A stretch of DNA of 60,764 nt, counting the filler. It is 3 parts of 3 records of this genome, joined end to end, with 100 filler letters (N's around TTAATTAATTAA, not from the genome) between each part and the next. Parts side by side here need not be neighbours in the genome. Positions count along the whole stretch, not along the records: positions 1 to 28,147 come from SRR20825006_467; positions 28,248 to 50,019 come from SRR20825006_469; 1 more part is not named here. One strand, 5' to 3'. The notes below the pieces were generated by a model that searched no databases, was not told the origin of the DNA, and was given only the letters and a program-made list of their open reading frames with translations. Positions 27,196-36,700 of this stretch are shown piece by piece. The position numbers and the translations under genes were made by a program. Numbering within the stretch: position 1 is the first letter of the stretch; every line of letters starts with the position of its first letter.

Positions 27196-28147
27196 TTACA
27201 ACCGCCAAAGGTCGATGCCTGCGGGCACGTCGTCGCGCGGCAGAATGGCGCGCACATCGGCAACGAAGCCGGTGCCACCCTTCAAAAGCCCCTCCACTAG
27301 TGGCCAACCCTTGGCAACATATTCCCGGTGTGACACCGCCAGCACGACGGCATCCGCCGGCTTCAGGTCGGCATCACCACACAATTTCAGACCATCGAAT
27401 TCATGCAGAACTTCCTCGGCATCGGCATGATGATCATGGACCTGAACATTTATCCCGGCATCTTCGAGCGAGCGGATGATATCGATCACGCGCGTATTTC
27501 GAATGTCGGGCACGTTTTCCTTAAAGGTCAGGCCAAGCACCGTCACAGTAGGGTTCTTGGTCGCTCCTTCGCGCAACAACGCCCGAATGACCTTATTTGC
27601 GACAACCTCGCCCATGCCGTCATTAACCCGACGACCGGCCAGAACCACCTGCGGGTAATAACCAAGTTCCTCTGATTTGTGGGTCAGGTAATAGGGATCA
27701 ACCCCGATGCAATGCCCGCCGACAAGGCCGGGCGTAAAGCGCAGGAAGTTCCATTTGGTGCCCGCGGCATCCAGAACATCACGGGTATCGATACCCGCCC
27801 GATCAAAGATCAGCGACAGTTCGTTCATCAGCGCAATATTCAGATCGCGCTGGGTATTTTCAATCACCTTGGCGGCCTCCGCGGCCTTGATCGTCGGTGC
27901 TTTGTGGATCCCAGCCTTGACGACAGATCCATAAACCGCCGCAACGATTTCAAGCGTTTCGGGCGTCTGCCCCGACACAACCTTGGTTATGGTGGTAAAG
28001 CGATGTTCACGGTCTCCAGGATTGATGCGTTCAGGCGAATAACCCACCGTGAAATCGATCCCCGCCTTCAACCCCGAAAGCTGTTCCAGGATCGGCACGC
28101 ATTCTTCCTCGGTCGCGCCGGGATAAACCGTGCTTTCATAAACAACG
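27196..28147 (-). CDS. Nucleotide-sugar dehydrogenase, TviB/WbpO-like (5'-truncated)
   Basis: YSPERINPG, AKVIENTQRDLNIALMNE, GGHCIGVDPYYL, GLTFKENVPDIRN. Confidence 0.92.
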
Positions 28148-28247
28148 NNNNNNNNNNNNNNNNNNNNNNNNNNNNNNNNNNNNNNNNNNNNTTAATTAAT
28201 TAANNNNNNNNNNNNNNNNNNNNNNNNNNNNNNNNNNNNNNNNNNNN
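28148..28247. other. Artificial contig spacer
   Basis: 44 N + TTAATTAATTAA (stops in all frames) + 44 N; genes are truncated on both sides. Confidence 0.98.
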
Positions 28248-28755
<508 letters not shown>

Positions 28756-28836
28756 ATCCGGCCTTCCCCCTATTGATTGGCATGGAACGATCGCGGCTCT
28801 TACGTCTTTGATAAGAGAGACAAAGGAGTTACCCCC

Positions 28837-29301
28837 ATGCCTGTAGATATCGGTTTGAACGACGAAGCCCGTAATACGTCCGCTGACGCCCTGCGCGTTT
28901 TGCTGGCGGAGACTTATGCACTCTATTCCAAGACCCACGGATATCACTGGAATGTCACCGGTCCGCGCTTCAACAGCCTGCACACCATGTTCGAGACACA
29001 GTATAACGAACTCTGGATGGCGCTGGATGAGATTGCCGAACGCATCCGCGCGCTGGGCCATTTCGCCCCGACATCACCCGCAGAAATGGTAGAGCCAGCC
29101 ACGATCAAGCCCGACAATGGCATTCCGGACGCCGACACGATGGTCGAGAATCTGGTCAAAGGGCATGAAGCCGTCAGCCGCGCTGGCAAGGCAGGCCTGA
29201 AAATTGCCGAAGACAATGGCGACGCGGTGACCGCAGACCTGATGACACAGCGCGCGGCGATCGCAGAAAAAACAGCCTGGATGCTGCGCGCGAACCTCTG
29301 A
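28837..29301 (+). CDS. dps: Dps family ferritin-like protein
   Basis: KTHGYHWNVTGPRF..LH..FE, DEIAERIRALG, EKTAWML; AAGGAG RBS. Confidence 0.95.
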   Translation: MPVDIGLNDEARNTSADALRVLLAETYALYSKTHGYHWNVTGPRFNSLHTMFETQYNELWMALDEIAERIRALGHFAPTSPAEMVEPATIKPDNGIPDADTMVENLVKGHEAVSRAGKAGLKIAEDNGDAVTADLMTQRAAIAEKTAWMLRANL

Positions 29302-29353
29302 TCCGCCCGCCAATACTGGATTGGCGCATCCTGCATATTGCACTGCACAACAC

Positions 29354-29397
29354 TTGCCGTGCCTCATGGGCTTGACCGCGCCCATGAGGCGCGGCAA
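29354..29397. repeat. GC-rich 18-bp stem-loop without U-tract
   Basis: TTGCCGTGCCTCATGGGC / GCCCATGAGGCGCGGCAA, one wobble pair, 8-nt loop. Confidence 0.7.
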
Positions 29398-29448
29398 TCT
29401 TGCATTCAGTTAATGAAAAAGCGGCCGTTAGAGCCCTGAATTCAAAGC

Positions 29449-29483
29449 AAAAAAAGGCCCGGCAGCGAATGAACGCGCCGGGC
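29449..29483 (-). terminator. Intrinsic terminator
   Basis: GCCCGGC...GCCGGGC stem followed by a 7-U run on the minus strand. Confidence 0.85.
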
Positions 29484-29562
29484 TGTAAGTATCGGGCCCC
29501 GTAGGGGGGAGGAAACGCCCAATCGGAGGAATGATTGGGTTAATGCCCGAGGCCCTTGGCAT
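29449..29562 (-). ncRNA. Candidate AbcR-like trans-acting sRNA
   Basis: CCCAAUC-AUUCCUCC-GAUUGGG hairpin, GUUUCCUCCCCCC, GC terminator plus U7; upstream promoter; lies downstream of an lsrB/vtlR-like gene. Confidence 0.7.
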
Positions 29563-29568
29563 GCGTGG

Positions 29569-29633
29569 TAGATAACCTCTCCCCCGATGATTACAACCAA
29601 CATGACAGCAAAGCTTTCATGCACTTATGCATG
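29569..29633 (-). promoter_or_regulatory. Putative sRNA promoter with upstream regulator palindrome
   Basis: Minus strand TTGTAA (29596-29591), TATCTA (29574-29569) and CATGCA-TAAG-TGCATG (29633-29618). Confidence 0.55.
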
Positions 29634-29649
29634 GATGTCGCATTTCTGA

Positions 29650-30558
29650 CTAATTCTGACGCATAGCCGGACGGCGCAGGATTTCGGTCTCTGCGGTGAT
29701 GAAGTCCCGGAAGGCCGACACGCGCTTCGAGCGGCGCAGGTCGCTCGGATAGATAAAGTAGAGATCGAAGATCGGGCCGACCGTCTCCGGCAACACTTTC
29801 ACAAGCCGCGGCATGGTCCCGGCCATATAGTCCGGCACGTCGGCAATCCCCAGCCCGGCATCCACGGCCCGCAACATGGCGAACACATTGTTCACCTTCA
29901 GTGCGGCCTGGCGCGGCGGGCTGTCATCCCGGCCCACACGGCAGGCAAAGCTCATCACATCCAGCATCGAGCTTTCATCGCCATAGGCAATGATCCGGTG
30001 ATTATCGAGGTCCTGCGGCGTGCGTGGCATGCCATAGGCTTTGAGATATTCCGGCGAGGCATAGAGATTGGTCGCCACCGTGCCCAGCTTGCGCTGGATC
30101 AGGTCCGCCTTGTCCGCCGCCCACAGGCGGATGGCGCATTCCGCCTCCAGCTTCAGCAGGTCATATTCGCGGCTGTCATCAAGGCGCAGGTCGAGATTCA
30201 TGTCCGGATGCTTGCGGGCAAATCCGCCAAGGCGCGGCACCAGCCAGGTCGAGCCGAACGCCACTGGCGCAGCGACGATCAATTCGCCCTGAGGGGTTTC
30301 CTGCTGGTCCTTCAGCAAGGCATTGGCCGACTGCGCCGCCGTCGCCATTTCCATGGTCGAGCGGAACAGCGTGTGGCCGCTATCGGTCAGCACCAGGCCG
30401 CGCGCATGCCGCTGGAACAGGGAGACGCCCAGCGCCTCTTCCAGCGCCGCAATCTGGCGCGAGACCGCCGACTGCGAAATGCCAAGCCGCTCGCCGGCAG
30501 ACGTCAGGCTGCCCGCTTCGGCCGCCGCGTGAAATGATTTCAGCTTACCCCAATCCAT
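29650..30558 (-). CDS. lsrB: LysR family regulator, LsrB/VtlR-like
   Basis: MDWGKLKSFHAAAEAGSLT...SQSAVSRQI.ALE...LFQRHARGLVLT and C-terminal YP..LR.SKRV.AFRDF. Confidence 0.78.
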   Translation of the reverse strand: MDWGKLKSFHAAAEAGSLTSAGERLGISQSAVSRQIAALEEALGVSLFQRHARGLVLTDSGHTLFRSTMEMATAAQSANALLKDQQETPQGELIVAAPVAFGSTWLVPRLGGFARKHPDMNLDLRLDDSREYDLLKLEAECAIRLWAADKADLIQRKLGTVATNLYASPEYLKAYGMPRTPQDLDNHRIIAYGDESSMLDVMSFACRVGRDDSPPRQAALKVNNVFAMLRAVDAGLGIADVPDYMAGTMPRLVKVLPETVGPIFDLYFIYPSDLRRSKRVSAFRDFITAETEILRRPAMRQN

Positions 30559-30669
30559 GGGGAGCGTTTGTGACGCCTAAATGACCCCACGGCAAGCAGA
30601 GAATGCGGGCGGCGCCTGAGGATAGATAACAAGAAAAATGCCATTTTTGAGAGACATAATAGGCGACCA

Positions 30670-31668
30670 CTATTCTCCGGAACTGGCTCCTCTAATCATT
30701 TCGACGATTTTAAGCCCGTCTTGGCCACTTGGTTCTCCTTGGTTTCCCAGATACCCAGATGAGGTGATGGCAAATATTGATCTTGTCGTTTCCATCAGAA
30801 CAGCGTCGCGCGTACCATCATCTGCTGCTGCTTTCACAAATGCTTGGAATGTTTTTAATGAGTTTGCTCTATGCCGATTAACAGAGATTTGATGTCGAAG
30901 GGCACGAAACTGACGCCCGCTCCAGTAGGTTGTACTCAGCAACAGTCCTAACACTACGATCTTTGAGGTGGTCAACTGAACGATCTGCGCCGCAGTTGCA
31001 TCCGCTGCAATTGGAAGAAAGTAGGACGCTACAGCTGCAACAATCGACGCCGTTCCAAGCGCCGCGGCGGCACCCAACCAAAGCTTTGCCTCTTTATCTT
31101 GTTCGTTCGCAGTCTCTTCAAAATCGCTAGAAAATGCCCCCACTCCAGCGGCTCCAGCAGCTTCCCTGGCGCTAATCAAGATCGAACCAATTTCTTCCTT
31201 TGACTTCGACAGATTGAGCTTGAACTCCTCAACTTCATCTGAAGTTCTTGTACGGAGCTCTTCTAAGCTTTGGATAGTTCTGTCCATGTCGCCAGCATAC
31301 AACGCCAAATATGCCGCATGAGGGGCAAGTACACTATATATCTGCTCTACTTGGCCTTTGAGTTGAGCTGCCAGTGATTCACGATTGGATGACGCATTAT
31401 CGGCTAGTGTGAACGCCTCAATTTGCTTAACAATACCCGTAAAACTTTTCAGTTTGCCAATGATCTCCCCAATATGTCGGTTCGGAAGTAATCGCACTGG
31501 AAGACTTCCAAGAGGCTTCACCATACTAATGATTGTTCTCAAATCGTCGGCACAATCATTGAAGTTCATGGAGTCCCAGTCGGCCTTAGCAAGAGTACCT
31601 GCAACATCTATTTTCGAAATTTCTGCCACGTATTCTTGAAGTTCAGTAACTTGCGCTTCGTTAGCCAT
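30670..31668 (-). CDS. Hypothetical coiled-coil protein with two TM helices, low-GC insert
   Basis: Long ORF with visibly AT-richer codon usage than the flanks; start at 31668 (alternative 31701). Confidence 0.75.
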   Translation of the reverse strand: MANEAQVTELQEYVAEISKIDVAGTLAKADWDSMNFNDCADDLRTIISMVKPLGSLPVRLLPNRHIGEIIGKLKSFTGIVKQIEAFTLADNASSNRESLAAQLKGQVEQIYSVLAPHAAYLALYAGDMDRTIQSLEELRTRTSDEVEEFKLNLSKSKEEIGSILISAREAAGAAGVGAFSSDFEETANEQDKEAKLWLGAAAALGTASIVAAVASYFLPIAADATAAQIVQLTTSKIVVLGLLLSTTYWSGRQFRALRHQISVNRHRANSLKTFQAFVKAAADDGTRDAVLMETTRSIFAITSSGYLGNQGEPSGQDGLKIVEMIRGASSGE

Positions 31669-31785
31669 TTTTTTATTCCCCCAACCATTTTGCGCGTTCA
31701 ATTTTTAGTTGCCCGCACTTTTAAGTAAAGTCGAATCTTTTAATGGCCAGTCCGTCTGATAGCCCACGGTCCCATACTTCTCCGC

Positions 31786-32406
31786 ATGAATGCGCAGACC
31801 GATATTCTCAAACGCGGGTTGGAGCATGCCGCCCTGGCCGTGATGGATGCGTCGGCGCTGGCGAACCTGCATCTGGGGCCGAAGCGGATCGGGCGCGGCC
31901 TGGCGCAGCGCGTCTCCGGCCGGCTCCGCATTCTTGAGACAATCGTCCGTCGGCTGATCCTCCTGATGGCGCTCGGCCTGCAGCTGGCCCCGACGCCGCC
32001 GCGCCCGGCTCCCGCCAATCCCGCGCCAGAGCCCGACCTGCCCGAAGGCGTCGAACTGGCCATCTTCCCGCGCCTCTCCCCCAGACGGCTGAAACTGCTG
32101 CCCGCGCGCCAGGCCTTTGAAGGCCCCGGCGGCTTTCCGGACATTTCCGGTACCAGTTATGGACCCGTTTCCCCCCACAAGCTGATGGCCCGCATCGCTG
32201 CGCTCCGGCGCGTGATTGCCGCGCCCGAAGCCCACGCGACCCGCCTCGCCCGCACCCTCAACCGCCTGCAGAAAAACGGCGAGCCCAAGCCAATGGTCGG
32301 CGCAGCAACGCCTGCCTATCGCCTCTCACCAGAGCTTGGCGCCCTGGCCGCCATGTTGCCCGCGCAGATCAGCGCCGGGCTGGAAACATGGGAAAGCTCT
32401 GGCTGA
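31786..32406 (+). CDS. Hypothetical protein, Pro/Arg-rich
   Basis: 206-aa ORF with host-like GC-rich third positions. Confidence 0.6.
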   Translation: MNAQTDILKRGLEHAALAVMDASALANLHLGPKRIGRGLAQRVSGRLRILETIVRRLILLMALGLQLAPTPPRPAPANPAPEPDLPEGVELAIFPRLSPRRLKLLPARQAFEGPGGFPDISGTSYGPVSPHKLMARIAALRRVIAAPEAHATRLARTLNRLQKNGEPKPMVGAATPAYRLSPELGALAAMLPAQISAGLETWESSG

Positions 32407-32516
32407 CTCCCCCGAGAAACCATTCCTTTCCGCCCGTTTCCCTCGCGTGACGGCCCCTTGTCATGCCTGTCATTCTTTCCGCGTGGTGGTACACTCCCGA
32501 CCGGGAGGATACGCGT

Positions 32517-33158
32517 ATGCCACGACTGAAACAGGCGGGCCGCGAAGCCGGAAATCCGTTCGCGAACCAGATTTTCGATTTGCTGTTTGAAGACCGGGAC
32601 CCGATTGCCGAACCCGGCACCGCAACCGGAACGCCCGGAAACTGGTGGACGGTTTTCAACATCGTGCCGGATGCCTTCAAGCACACGACCGAAGGCTTCC
32701 AGTTCTACCGCTCAAAGAACCGCAAGCTCGACCCGAAACTGCGCGAGCTTGGCCAGATCCGCGCCGGCTTTGCCGTCGGCTCACAATTTGTCTTCTCTCA
32801 GCATTGCAAGGCCAGCCGCGATGTCGGCCTGACCGAAGATCAGATCGCCGCCATTCCCCACTGGCAGGTCGCAGACTGTTTCAGCCCGCTGGAACGCGCC
32901 GTGCTCGCCTATACGGACGGCCTGGTCCTGCAACGCGGCCGCGTGCCCGATGGTGTGTTCGAGGCCCTGAAAGCGGAATTGTCGGACGAGGAAATCCTAG
33001 AATTCACCTACATCACCTGCACCTATATGATGCACGCCATCATGAGCCGTGCACTGAAACTGGAATATGATGATGTGGATGAACGCGTCGTCGAAATCGC
33101 CGCGCCGGATGGATCGGATACAGACGTCATGTCGATGGTCGACAAGGGAGGAAACTGA
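32517..33158 (+). CDS. Carboxymuconolactone decarboxylase/AhpD-like protein
   Basis: LDPKLRELGQIR, FSPLERAVLAYTD, LSDEEILE; GGAGG RBS. Confidence 0.8.
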   Translation: MPRLKQAGREAGNPFANQIFDLLFEDRDPIAEPGTATGTPGNWWTVFNIVPDAFKHTTEGFQFYRSKNRKLDPKLRELGQIRAGFAVGSQFVFSQHCKASRDVGLTEDQIAAIPHWQVADCFSPLERAVLAYTDGLVLQRGRVPDGVFEALKAELSDEEILEFTYITCTYMMHAIMSRALKLEYDDVDERVVEIAAPDGSDTDVMSMVDKGGN

Positions 33159-33160
33159 AC

Positions 33161-33697
33161 ATGGCCTATCGTCATCTCGCGCTCGCCGCGAAAGACATGA
33201 AAGCCACGCATGCATTCTATGAAGGCATCATGGGCTTTGAACTGGTCAAGGTCGAAGTCGCCCCAATCATGGGCGGCGGCTGGGGCAAGCATTTCTTCTA
33301 TCGCATGGATGGCGATGACAGCCGCTTCATCGCCTTCTGGGAATTGCACGAGACCGATGGTAGCGACGATTATGTCTACGACATCAACGCCGCCGCCAAA
33401 CTCCCGCCGGGTACAAATCATTATTCTTTTTCGGTGGATACGAAGGAAGAACTGGAAAGCTGGAAACAGAAATGGCTCGCCGCCGGGCTCGACGTGTTCG
33501 AGATCGACCATAATTGGTGTCACTCGATCTATACGAAGGACCCGAACGACAATGCAGTGGAATTCTGCCTGACCTCCGGCACCTTCACCGAGGCCGACCG
33601 CCAACGCGCGCTGGACGCCTTGTCGGAAACCGAGTTCAAGCCCTCTCCGCCGCCGGCCTTCATGCAAATGTGGAATGCCGAGAAAGCCGTCAGCTAA
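33161..33697 (+). CDS. VOC family protein
   Basis: HLALAAKDM..T..FY, NHYSF, SIYTKDPN.N.VE. Confidence 0.85.
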   Translation: MAYRHLALAAKDMKATHAFYEGIMGFELVKVEVAPIMGGGWGKHFFYRMDGDDSRFIAFWELHETDGSDDYVYDINAAAKLPPGTNHYSFSVDTKEELESWKQKWLAAGLDVFEIDHNWCHSIYTKDPNDNAVEFCLTSGTFTEADRQRALDALSETEFKPSPPPAFMQMWNAEKAVS

Positions 33698-34627
33698 CTA
33701 CCAGCGCGCCGAATAGCCTCTCGTATCGACATGCACGAACGGCCCATGCGCCGCATTCGATCCATAGGCCGATGCGCCGCCCACGACCCAACCTTCGGGC
33801 TGCTCGGCGGCAAGTTCGTCAATCAGCTTGACCAGCGCGCGGGCATCTTCCTTGTCGATCCGGCCATTGCCGTCGAGATCATCCATCTGCCCGTCCCGGT
33901 CCTGATCAATATAGATATCGGCGGCATCACCATACAAATGGCGCGATGAAGTCGTCGTATTGCCAATGGCCGCATTATAGAATGGCGTACGATAGCCGCT
34001 CATCACGAAGAAAGTATCCGCTTCCCAGCCCTTCTCATTGGCAGCGGCAAGAAGGGTTTCGAGCTTGACCAGCATGTCCGGCTGCATCAGCAGATAGGTC
34101 GGCTCATGTCCCGGCTGCTGCTTGCAGCGGAACTGGCCGAGCTGGAAATTGGGCGAAACGCGCAGATCCTCCGACATCGCCGTCAGGTCGATAAACCCCT
34201 TGGGCACGGCATAGGAAGGAAGGTCCCGCAACGGTCGGGCATACATTCCAATCCGATAGCCATTCAAGCTGTCATCCACGCCATTCTCGAACGGCGTCAG
34301 CACCAGCAGGTTCAGGCGGGTTTCGGCGCCGCGATGGGAGATCTTCATGTCGGCCAGCCCCGGCGCCTCCGGAGCGGTCCAGGCAATCTCCGCCGCGTCA
34401 CGGCTCAATTTTCCATCAGAAATCTCAATACGGGCATCTTCGGGAATGGCCAGCCTGATCTCCTCCCCCGGCATGGCGGAAACAGAGATCAGCGGCAGCG
34501 CAGAGCGTGTTCCGTTTACGGTAATCTCGACGCCAGCACCTGTCTTGACGGTCTCGGTCTTGTCGACCGGCTGGACCGGGTTCAGCTCCGCCGATGCGAT
34601 GATCCAGGGCAGGAAGATGAATTTCAT
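33698..34627 (-). CDS. Peptidase M15 (YcbK/MepK-like) with N-terminal extension
   Basis: SGYRTP.YN, SRHLYGDAADI, FVHVDTRG zinc-site motifs. Confidence 0.85.
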   Translation of the reverse strand: MKFIFLPWIIASAELNPVQPVDKTETVKTGAGVEITVNGTRSALPLISVSAMPGEEIRLAIPEDARIEISDGKLSRDAAEIAWTAPEAPGLADMKISHRGAETRLNLLVLTPFENGVDDSLNGYRIGMYARPLRDLPSYAVPKGFIDLTAMSEDLRVSPNFQLGQFRCKQQPGHEPTYLLMQPDMLVKLETLLAAANEKGWEADTFFVMSGYRTPFYNAAIGNTTTSSRHLYGDAADIYIDQDRDGQMDDLDGNGRIDKEDARALVKLIDELAAEQPEGWVVGGASAYGSNAAHGPFVHVDTRGYSARW

Positions 34628-34897
34628 GAACGCGGAAAATATGGGTCTGGTCCTCTTGTCTGGTCTGAGCAGGCACGCATCACTTTAACTATTACGCATG
34701 CCCCCTCAAACGCATCAGAGCGCAAATAGTGCCATACTTTTTCTGATGTTTTTCAGAGCCGTAATTCGGAACCGGAACGGGCGCGATCGGTTTATCCAGC
34801 AACACCGCGAAGAGTTCCGCCAGTCTTCCCGACCGGCCAGGCCAGCCTGCTGCGGCGGCCGCGCTCTTCTCTAACAAGAGTATTTTGGAGATTATTT

Positions 34898-36697
34898 ATG
34901 CGTACGCATCGCCGACTTCTTGTATCAACCCTCCTCGCGACCGCTGGCCTGCTGACCGCCATTCCCGCCAGCGCCCAGCATGCCGCGCCCGCCGATACTG
35001 TGCAGCTGGCCGATCTGAGCGAGAAAGAGGCCATGGGCGGCGAACTTGAAGCGGAAAAAGCCTCTGCCATCCAGACCCTGATCCTGAATGACTGGCTGGA
35101 GCGCGAACTGGGCAGTGAAACCGAAGCCGGTGTCCTGACCACAGTGCGCGCCGCCTATGCTCAGAATGTCTTCAAGCCGATCTGGACCGAGAAAGGGATC
35201 CGCTCGCTGAAGCGCGCGCGCAGTGATCTCTTCTCATACGGCCTCGTCCCATCCGACGTGTCGAAAGCCAACCTCAACAAGATCGCAGCCAAGCGCCTGA
35301 AAGGCGACAGCGACGAGATTCGCGCCACAGCCGATCTGCAACTGACCGCAGCCTGGATCCGCATGGCCTCTGCCGTAAGCGGAGGATTGTCCGATAATGG
35401 CGAAGCGGCAAAATCGAAGACCGATACGCCCTCCAAATCCACTGTGCAGAAAAGCCTGATCAAGGCGGCGCGGGGTGATGCCGACGACATCCTTTCCGAG
35501 CTCGAACCTGTGCACCCCCAATATAATCGTCTCAAGAAACAGCTGAAACAGTATCGCGAAATCCGGTCGGAGGGCGGCTGGCTCGCCATCCCGGATGGGG
35601 AAGCGATTGAACTGGACGACGAAGACCCACGTATTCCGGCCCTGCGCGACCGCCTGGAAGCGGAAGGCTATTACACGCCCGAGACATGGGCAGGCGATTT
35701 GCTGTCCGCCATCAGCATGGCTTCGAAAAATGATGACGGCACATCCGCTACGGAGATCGTGTTTGATGCGCGTCTTCAGAGCGCCCTGAAGGACTTCCAG
35801 CGCCATCACGGCCTTGAGGATGACGGTGTTGTGGGCCGGAACACGCTTGCGGCGCTGAATGAGAGTGTCGACTCCAAAATCGACCGGATCGCCGACACGA
35901 TGAATCGCTGGCGTCATTATGATGATCTGGGTGACCAGTATATCTGGGCCAATATTCCATCCTTCACCGCCGAAGGTTGGCGTCACAACCGTCGCGAAAT
36001 CGCGATGAAGACCATTGTTGGCATGCCCAGCCGTGAAACCCCGGTTTTCTCCGACCAGGTGGAATACGCAGTCGCAAATCCGCGCTGGTATGCCCCGGTC
36101 AGCATCGTGCGCCGCGACAAGCTGCCAAAGCTGGCCAAGGACCCGTCCTATGCGGCCCGCAAGAATTTCAGGGTGATTGACCGAGCCACCGGCCAGTCCG
36201 TCTCCGCCGCCTCGGTAGACTGGACCGATCCAGTCGCCGCCGACAACTACCAACTGGTCCAAGGCCCCGGCGCGAACAATGCGTTGGGCGATCTGAAGAT
36301 CATCTTTCCCAATCAGTATTCTGTCTATCTTCATGGCACGCCCGGCGTGAGCCTGTTTGACAGGGCCCAGCGCACGTTCAGCTCAGGCTGCGTCCGTCTG
36401 GAAAGGCCTGAAGACATGGCGAAATGGATTGCGGCGCATGACCCGGAAATCACATCCAGGGATGTATCGGAGGCGCTCGAAGGGTCAAATCCGGAACGAA
36501 TCGAGTTCAAGTCCGAAACCCAGATTCACATCACCTACATGACCGTCACAGTGGACGAAGACGGGGAGCCGAATTTTTGGCGTGACGTCTATCACGAAGA
36601 AGACGGCATCGAGATGGTCGACAAATATGCCCCACTCTACCAGCCCGCCCAGGATGAGGAACTGGCTCAAGCGACATCCGACCAACGCAAGGGATAA
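34898..36697 (+). CDS. L,D-transpeptidase, YcbB/LdtD family
   Basis: Signal peptide, PG-binding FQRHHGLEDDGVVG, YLHGTP...SSGCVRL. Confidence 0.92.
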   Translation: MRTHRRLLVSTLLATAGLLTAIPASAQHAAPADTVQLADLSEKEAMGGELEAEKASAIQTLILNDWLERELGSETEAGVLTTVRAAYAQNVFKPIWTEKGIRSLKRARSDLFSYGLVPSDVSKANLNKIAAKRLKGDSDEIRATADLQLTAAWIRMASAVSGGLSDNGEAAKSKTDTPSKSTVQKSLIKAARGDADDILSELEPVHPQYNRLKKQLKQYREIRSEGGWLAIPDGEAIELDDEDPRIPALRDRLEAEGYYTPETWAGDLLSAISMASKNDDGTSATEIVFDARLQSALKDFQRHHGLEDDGVVGRNTLAALNESVDSKIDRIADTMNRWRHYDDLGDQYIWANIPSFTAEGWRHNRREIAMKTIVGMPSRETPVFSDQVEYAVANPRWYAPVSIVRRDKLPKLAKDPSYAARKNFRVIDRATGQSVSAASVDWTDPVAADNYQLVQGPGANNALGDLKIIFPNQYSVYLHGTPGVSLFDRAQRTFSSGCVRLERPEDMAKWIAAHDPEITSRDVSEALEGSNPERIEFKSETQIHITYMTVTVDEDGEPNFWRDVYHEEDGIEMVDKYAPLYQPAQDEELAQATSDQRKG

Positions 36698-36700
36698 GGC

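Noticed and set aside
28192-28203. TTAATTAATTAA palindrome as a CtrA site or att site
   Set aside because: It is flanked by 44 N on each side and repeated at 50064-50075, so it is an assembly linker
29354-29397. Hairpin as a REP/MITE element
   Set aside because: I found no second copy in the window; more likely a dps 3' structure
29442-29624. 60-aa minus-strand ORF over the sRNA candidate
   Set aside because: No RBS or protein features, and it runs through the promoter and terminator
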